Assembly: GCA_038215615.1 (NCBI GenBank)
Contig: JBBQQR010000027.1
Location: 1-22,282 of the forward strand
From: Vulcanimicrobiales bacterium
GTDB lineage: Bacteria; Vulcanimicrobiota; Vulcanimicrobiia; Vulcanimicrobiales; Vulcanimicrobiaceae
Direction: 5' to 3'
DNA length: 22,282 nt
Under the pieces are notes generated by a model that was not told the origin of the DNA, did not search any database, and saw nothing but the letters and a program-made list of their open reading frames with translations. A program made the position numbers and the translations under genes. Shown here in pieces: positions 17,610 to 22,282 of this stretch (the stretch's first letter is position 1; each line of letters begins with the position of its first letter).

Positions 17610-18320
17610 GTGACCTCTCGTACCTCCAAATGGCCCAAACAGCTGCCGCCGCTTACCGCCGATCAGCAGCGTATCAGCAACGACTTCATGCGCCACTGGC
17701 TGGAGGTCTTGCCCAGCAAATTCGTGGCTTTCGAACGCTTCAGCCAGTGCTACCCCGTGGTCAACTCGACGCCCGACTTCCTTACCACGCTCGAAGTGGG
17801 AGCCGGTATCGGCGACCATCTGGAATATGAATCGCTCTCTCCGGAGCAGTTGAAGAACTACTACGCCATCGAGATCCGGCCGAATGTTGCCGACAAATTG
17901 CGGGCATCACATCCGGAGATCAACGTGCTGGTGGCCGACGCGCAGCAGCGCATCCCGTTCGACGACCGGTTTTTTGACCGCATCCTTGCGGTGCACGTGC
18001 TCGAGCACTTGCCGGACCTGCCCGCCTGCATCAAAGAACTGCATCGGGTCTGCCGCCGGGAGCTGCTCGTCGTTATCCCATGTGAAGGCGGCCTGGCCTA
18101 TTCGCTGGCGCGCAAAATTTCCGCCGAGCGCATCTACCACCGGCGGTACGGCGGATCGTACAAGTGGTTTTACACCCGGGAACACATCAACGTGCCGTCT
18201 GAGATTCTGGAAGAACTGCGACCCTACTTCCGCGTCGAGCACCGTGAATTTTTTCCACTGCGCGTTCCGATCGAGACGGTGAACCTCTGCATTGGCTTCA
18301 GGCTTACCCCACTGCGATGA
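17610..18320 (+). CDS. Class I SAM-dependent methyltransferase
   Basis: LEVGAGIG motif I, ADAQQRIPFDDRFFDRI, VHVLEH. Start placed at GTG 17610 because the upstream part of the ORF is antisense to the sigma gene. Confidence 0.85.
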   Translation: MTSRTSKWPKQLPPLTADQQRISNDFMRHWLEVLPSKFVAFERFSQCYPVVNSTPDFLTTLEVGAGIGDHLEYESLSPEQLKNYYAIEIRPNVADKLRASHPEINVLVADAQQRIPFDDRFFDRILAVHVLEHLPDLPACIKELHRVCRRELLVVIPCEGGLAYSLARKISAERIYHRRYGGSYKWFYTREHINVPSEILEELRPYFRVEHREFFPLRVPIETVNLCIGFRLTPLR

Positions 18321-18760
18321 TGCCGGTCATGGAACGCTTTGCCAACAGCCGCAGGACATCGGCGCAATTCGCGCGTTACCTGATCATCGGTTCGACGGTC
18401 TTCCTGATCGATATCGGATCTTTTCAAGCGTTGGTGCGGTTGCGCGCTCTGCTCGGCGTGGCCGTCGTCATTTCATACGCGCTGGGCGTGACCACGCACT
18501 TTGCGCTGAACAGGTACTTGAACTTCAGGGTGTTCGAGCGTTCGATGGCGCGGCAGGCGCGAACCTACATCGTTATCGTGCTGGCGCAGCTTCCGATTAC
18601 CGTAGCGATTGTCGAAGTGGGCGTCCATTTGGCGAAGCTTTCGCCCCTCGAAGCGAAGATCGTCGCTGTCGCCGCAAACGTTCCGCTGTCGTTCCTGGCG
18701 CATAAGTATCTGACGTTTGGCTCGGGCATCCGGGGCGCGTTCAAAGGATCTGTCCGTTGA
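18317..18760 (+). CDS. GtrA family lipid-linked sugar translocase-like protein
   Basis: QFARYLIIG, HFALNRYLNF, AKIVA, SFLAHKYLTF; four TM helices in about 147 aa. Confidence 0.88.
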   Translation: MMPVMERFANSRRTSAQFARYLIIGSTVFLIDIGSFQALVRLRALLGVAVVISYALGVTTHFALNRYLNFRVFERSMARQARTYIVIVLAQLPITVAIVEVGVHLAKLSPLEAKIVAVAANVPLSFLAHKYLTFGSGIRGAFKGSVR

Positions 18761-19482
18761 GCGACCTCGATCTCACGATCATCATCCCGACCTTTAACGA
18801 CGCGCATAAATTCAGTGCCGACGTCGAAGCCGCGGACCGGTTCCTGCAGGACGAAACGCTGAACGGCGAGATCGTTCTCGTCGACGACGGGTCGACCGAC
18901 GATACCCTCGATCATGCCCGCGCTTTGCAGGCGCGCTTCCCACGCTTTCGTTTTCTGAGCCATCAGCAAAACCGCGGTAAGGGCTATGCGCTCGCGCGCG
19001 GCGTCGAGAGCGCCCAGGGGCGCATCGTGATGTTTGCTGACGCCGGCATGTGCGTTCCTTACGATATTGCGCGCATTGCACTGACGATGCTCGCACTCGA
19101 TATGTGCGACATCGCGATCGGTTCGCGGCGCATGCGCGGCAGCGTGAAGAAGGAGCAACCCCTTTACCGCCGTATCGGCGCTCGAGGCCATTCCATGCTC
19201 GTTCACGCGCTCGGCGTACCGGGTTACATCTCCGATACGCAGTGCGGCTTTAAATTTTACCGCTCCGCGGTCGCCAAGCGGCTTTTCGGCGAACTCATCA
19301 CCGACGGGTTCATGTTCGATGTGGAGATCATCTTGCGCGCCGTTAAAGACGGTTGCCGGATTTTAGAGTTTCCGGTCTTGTGGTCGAACGATCCGGATAC
19401 GCGCTTTAAACCGTTCCCGGGATCGTTGCGCGTATTGGGTGACCTCGCACGGATCAGGATAGCGCTCTGGCGCGGGCGCTAG
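18757..19482 (+). CDS. GT2 glycosyltransferase (polyprenyl-phosphate glycosyltransferase, DPM/ALG5-like)
   Basis: IIIPTFN, VDDGSTDDT, NRGKGYA, IGSR, DTQCGFK, FMFDVE. Confidence 0.92.
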   Translation: MSDLDLTIIIPTFNDAHKFSADVEAADRFLQDETLNGEIVLVDDGSTDDTLDHARALQARFPRFRFLSHQQNRGKGYALARGVESAQGRIVMFADAGMCVPYDIARIALTMLALDMCDIAIGSRRMRGSVKKEQPLYRRIGARGHSMLVHALGVPGYISDTQCGFKFYRSAVAKRLFGELITDGFMFDVEIILRAVKDGCRILEFPVLWSNDPDTRFKPFPGSLRVLGDLARIRIALWRGR

Positions 19483-19485
19483 AAG

Positions 19486-20499
19486 CTACAGTTGAACCGC
19501 TTCGCCGCTTTTTGCCGATTCATACAGGGCCGAAACGACCTCCATAACGGCCAGTCCCTCCGCGGGCGTGCCCCAGTACGGTTTTCCGTCGAGCACTGCA
19601 CCCATGAAATCTTGCCACTCGAGCTCCCACGACCGGTCCTCGCCTTCGAACGCGATCTCATCGACTTCCGGAGCGCCGCCGTCGGGATTGCGCTTGGCAA
19701 TCGTTAGCCGTTCGAATCCGTAGCTGCCGCCGAGCCCTTCGACGCTCAACGATCCGCCGGTTCCGAATACCTCGAACGAAAAAAGATTTTTCCACTGCGT
19801 CCAGCTCGCGTGCAGGCTCGCGACCGGTCCACCTTCGTAGCGCAGGAGCGCAAACGCGTTGTCTTCGAGCGGCGAGATTGGCCAGACCGCGGTTTGCATG
19901 TAGCCGAACGCCTCGCGCGGTTTTCCGGCGAGCCACAGCGCGAGGTCGATCAGGTGGGCGCCCTGATCGGTGAGTTCGCCGCCGCCGGCGAGCGCGGGGT
20001 CGGCCCGCCACTCGCGTTCATACCCGGGACGTGCGCCGTGACCGTAACGCGCGCGGATATTGACGAGCCCACCGATCGCTCCGGCGGTGAACAAATCGTG
20101 GGCCTTCATTAAAGCTCCGTGGTAGCGGTGGTTGAAGCCGACCTTCAATATCTTTCCGGAGGCCTGCGCGGCTGCCGTGGTCGCCGCTGCGTCGGCGGCA
20201 TCTCTGCCCATCGGTTTTTCGATCAGCACGTGCTTCCCGGCCCCAAGCGCGGCGACTGCCACTTCGCGCAAGAATGCGTTCGGCGTTGCGACGGCCACAA
20301 TTCCAATCGAGTCGTCTTCGAGTGCGGCGCGCCAATCCGATGCGGAGCGCGCGCCATATTTTTGCGCGAGCGATGCCGCCGCGTCGGCGTTCGTATCAAT
20401 AACCAGTCGCAATTCGCAGCGCGGGTCGGCGGCCGCCGTGGCCGCGCGCCGGCTCCCGATGAGACCGCAGCCGACGACGGCGACCCCGGTCTTAGACAT
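19486..20499 (-). CDS. Gfo/Idh/MocA family oxidoreductase
   Basis: GCGLIG, ATPN, GKHVLIEKP, VGFNHRY, GGGELTDQGAHLID. ATG 20499 overlaps the end of the upstream gene. Confidence 0.92.
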   Translation of the reverse strand: MSKTGVAVVGCGLIGSRRAATAAADPRCELRLVIDTNADAAASLAQKYGARSASDWRAALEDDSIGIVAVATPNAFLREVAVAALGAGKHVLIEKPMGRDAADAAATTAAAQASGKILKVGFNHRYHGALMKAHDLFTAGAIGGLVNIRARYGHGARPGYEREWRADPALAGGGELTDQGAHLIDLALWLAGKPREAFGYMQTAVWPISPLEDNAFALLRYEGGPVASLHASWTQWKNLFSFEVFGTGGSLSVEGLGGSYGFERLTIAKRNPDGGAPEVDEIAFEGEDRSWELEWQDFMGAVLDGKPYWGTPAEGLAVMEVVSALYESAKSGEAVQL

Positions 20500-21766
20500 G
20501 GTCCAGCGGCATTGCGACGACGATCGATCCGACGGCATTGAAGATCGTATCGCCCGCGATGAGCGGCGGCGCTGAGGAGAAGGGCTGTAAGAACGAGCTG
20601 GTGTGAATCACGTCGCCGTTGCGTTCGTCCACGGCATAGAGAACGCCGCCGGTATCGCCGAAGTAGACGCGTCCTTTCTTGACGACGGGACTCATCTTGA
20701 CGTTCGCCCACGTGCGCAGGTTCCAGAGAACCTTTCCGGAGCGCGCATCAAATGCGATGACGCGGCTGGCGTTTCCGATCGGCTGAAAGAGCGCGCCGTC
20801 GGCAACCGTGCCTGCGATCTGCCGTTCGTTGGTGGCGGGAAACGTGTAGGGTCCCGGTTCGCCCTCGTAGGTCCAGCGCGTCGCGCCGGTGCGCTCATTG
20901 AGTGCGGCGACGATGTCGGTTCCACCCGTGTGATAGTGGTACTCGTCGTTGCGGTTTCCGTTAACGAAGACCAATCCGTCCGCAACGGCCGGCGCGCAGT
21001 CGCTGCCGCCGTTGGGATTCGTCCAGAGCGTGCGGCCGTCGCGCACGTTGAGCGCGCGCGTCTCGCAGAAATACGGCGCATTGTGACACGAGCTGATGAA
21101 TGCAACGCCGCTGTCGATGGCGGTGGACGCCATGGTCACCGCTCCGGCCAGCGGCACTTTCCACTTTTGTTTGCCCGTCGTGAGATCGAGCGCGTACGCG
21201 TGGGCGTCGCCGTTTCCGAAAACGACCGTGTCGCCGTCGATCGCCGGCGTCGGCATGTCCTCGCCGTCCGTGTGAAATTTCCATAGCGGCTTGCCGGCGA
21301 GCGAGTAGGCAAATACGTTGTTGCCTTCCGGCCGGCCCCATGTTTGTGAAACCGGATCAGCGGGCTTCATGAAACCGTTATGTCCGCTTCCGATGATCAA
21401 AATGCCCTTTGCGAACACTGGCGTGGACATCAGGATGTCGTCGGTCGGCAGGCTCCACAAGATCTTTCCCGTGGATGCGTCGATCGCGTAGAGCTTATGA
21501 TCGAAACTCACCGCGTACAGGGTCGTTCCTTCGAGTGCGAATCCGCCGTTGATGCGATCGCCGAGCGCGGTCTGCCAGTCGGCATGCAAAAGCGGTTCGT
21601 CGAAGACCGCGTTGTGCGTGGCGCCGTATTGGTACATCGGCCACGCTGCGCTCGCGCGAGGCGGCGGAGGTTGCGCGACCGAGCCGAGCTGGCCGAAAAC
21701 GCATCCGGCCGCCGTCAAGACCATGATGCCGGCTGCGATCACTACCGTCCGCTTCGCTCTGCTCAT
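20492..21766 (-). CDS. Secreted PQQ-like (W-motif) beta-propeller protein, tetrathionate-hydrolase-like motifs
   Basis: Signal peptide; repeated A(L/I)DxxTGxxxW blades; WPMYQYG N-terminus; GEDMPTPA and GSDCAPAV motifs. Confidence 0.85.
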   Translation of the reverse strand: MSRAKRTVVIAAGIMVLTAAGCVFGQLGSVAQPPPPRASAAWPMYQYGATHNAVFDEPLLHADWQTALGDRINGGFALEGTTLYAVSFDHKLYAIDASTGKILWSLPTDDILMSTPVFAKGILIIGSGHNGFMKPADPVSQTWGRPEGNNVFAYSLAGKPLWKFHTDGEDMPTPAIDGDTVVFGNGDAHAYALDLTTGKQKWKVPLAGAVTMASTAIDSGVAFISSCHNAPYFCETRALNVRDGRTLWTNPNGGSDCAPAVADGLVFVNGNRNDEYHYHTGGTDIVAALNERTGATRWTYEGEPGPYTFPATNERQIAGTVADGALFQPIGNASRVIAFDARSGKVLWNLRTWANVKMSPVVKKGRVYFGDTGGVLYAVDERNGDVIHTSSFLQPFSSAPPLIAGDTIFNAVGSIVVAMPLDHV

Positions 21767-21788
21767 TCCGCCCTTGGTTTGGTGATGT

Positions 21789-21835
21789 TGTCATGGTCAG
21801 CCTGTCGAAACCCACGGCCGAGCGTAGTCGAGGCC
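21789..21835 (+). repeat. Two tandem REP-like hairpins (TGTCATGGTCAGCCTGTCGAAAC at 21789-21811; GGCCGAGCGTAGTCGAGGCC at 21816-21835)
   Basis: Share the AGC-x-x-(x)-GTCGA loop with copies 1 and 2, with different but complementary stems. Located between divergent genes. Confidence 0.65.
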
Positions 21836-21856
21836 CCGGACGTAGAAGAGCACGGC

Positions 21857-22282
21857 ATGCAGATCCAGATCGACCGGAAGGCCGTGGCGCGCTGCCGCAA
21901 ATCGGCGGCGGCTATAGCCGATCCGGTCCAGGCGTTCGTCGAACGGCACTCGACCGTTTCGGTCGAGCGATCGATCCTGCGTTTGCTCGGTGTGGACGGC
22001 GTCGGTCCATCCGAGACGCCCGTTCCCAATCTCATCGTTGAATCGCTCGACTCGACGGAGCTTGCGGGCGGAGTGTCCATTCCGTTCGGGCGCGCCCTTG
22101 TGGAAACGGGATTAGCGCCGCGCGAACTTGGCGAGCGGCTGGCAAGCGGCGGTGCGCGGCTCGCGCAATTCAGCGGCGTTTCAAAAGAAGCGGCACGCGG
22201 CGCGATCGCTACGTCGGCGCGCGCGGCGTTCGATCGCGTCCTGAACCGGCGCGCGGAGCGGAGCGATCTCATGCAGCAGCTT
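21857..22282 (+). CDS. kamD: D-lysine 5,6-aminomutase alpha subunit (5' partial, runs off window; absent from ORF track)
   Basis: Manual translation MQIQIDRKAVARCRKSAAAIADPVQAFVERHSTVSVERSILRLLGVDGV...PVPNLIVE matches the KamD N-terminal pattern H(S/T)TV(S/T)VER..RLLG(I/V)DG. Open to the window end. Confidence 0.85.
   Translation, partial: MQIQIDRKAVARCRKSAAAIADPVQAFVERHSTVSVERSILRLLGVDGVGPSETPVPNLIVESLDSTELAGGVSIPFGRALVETGLAPRELGERLASGGARLAQFSGVSKEAARGAIATSARAAFDRVLNRRAERSDLMQQL

Noticed and set aside
20603..21286. 227-aa plus-strand ORF (and similar antisense ORFs at 6656-7300 and 14049-14714)
   Set aside because: Antisense to strongly supported genes and without motifs.
21763..22272. 169-aa minus-strand ORF and 82-aa ORF at 21793 (MVSLSKP...)
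   Set aside because: Shadows of kamD; the MVSLS start is simply the translated REP-like repeat.

Overview
A GC-rich bacterial chromosomal window of about 26 genes, mostly for cell-envelope glycan synthesis and modification. From left to right: the probable right end of an IS256-like element that truncates a secreted GH78 alpha-L-rhamnosidase; a secreted NHL-repeat/SGNH fusion protein; and a rearranged dTDP-sugar cluster (rfbB, rfbA, rfbC, rfbD, an extra SDR epimerase, and a nucleotide-sugar dehydrogenase plus decarboxylase pair resembling CalS8/CalS9). Upstream on the same strand is a tightly coupled DltX-like / DltD-like SGNH / MBOAT acylation module, with no dltA or dltC in the window. The right half has a PLP aminotransferase, a mazEF toxin-antitoxin pair, an ECF sigma / ZAS anti-sigma / membrane protein operon, and a methyltransferase-GtrA-GT2 operon. 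It ends with a Gfo/Idh/MocA oxidoreductase, a secreted PQQ-like beta-propeller with tetrathionate-hydrolase-like motifs, and the start of lysine 5,6-aminomutase alpha (kamD). Four short REP-like hairpin repeats are dispersed in the right half. All family calls come from recognising motifs by eye; no database search was run.
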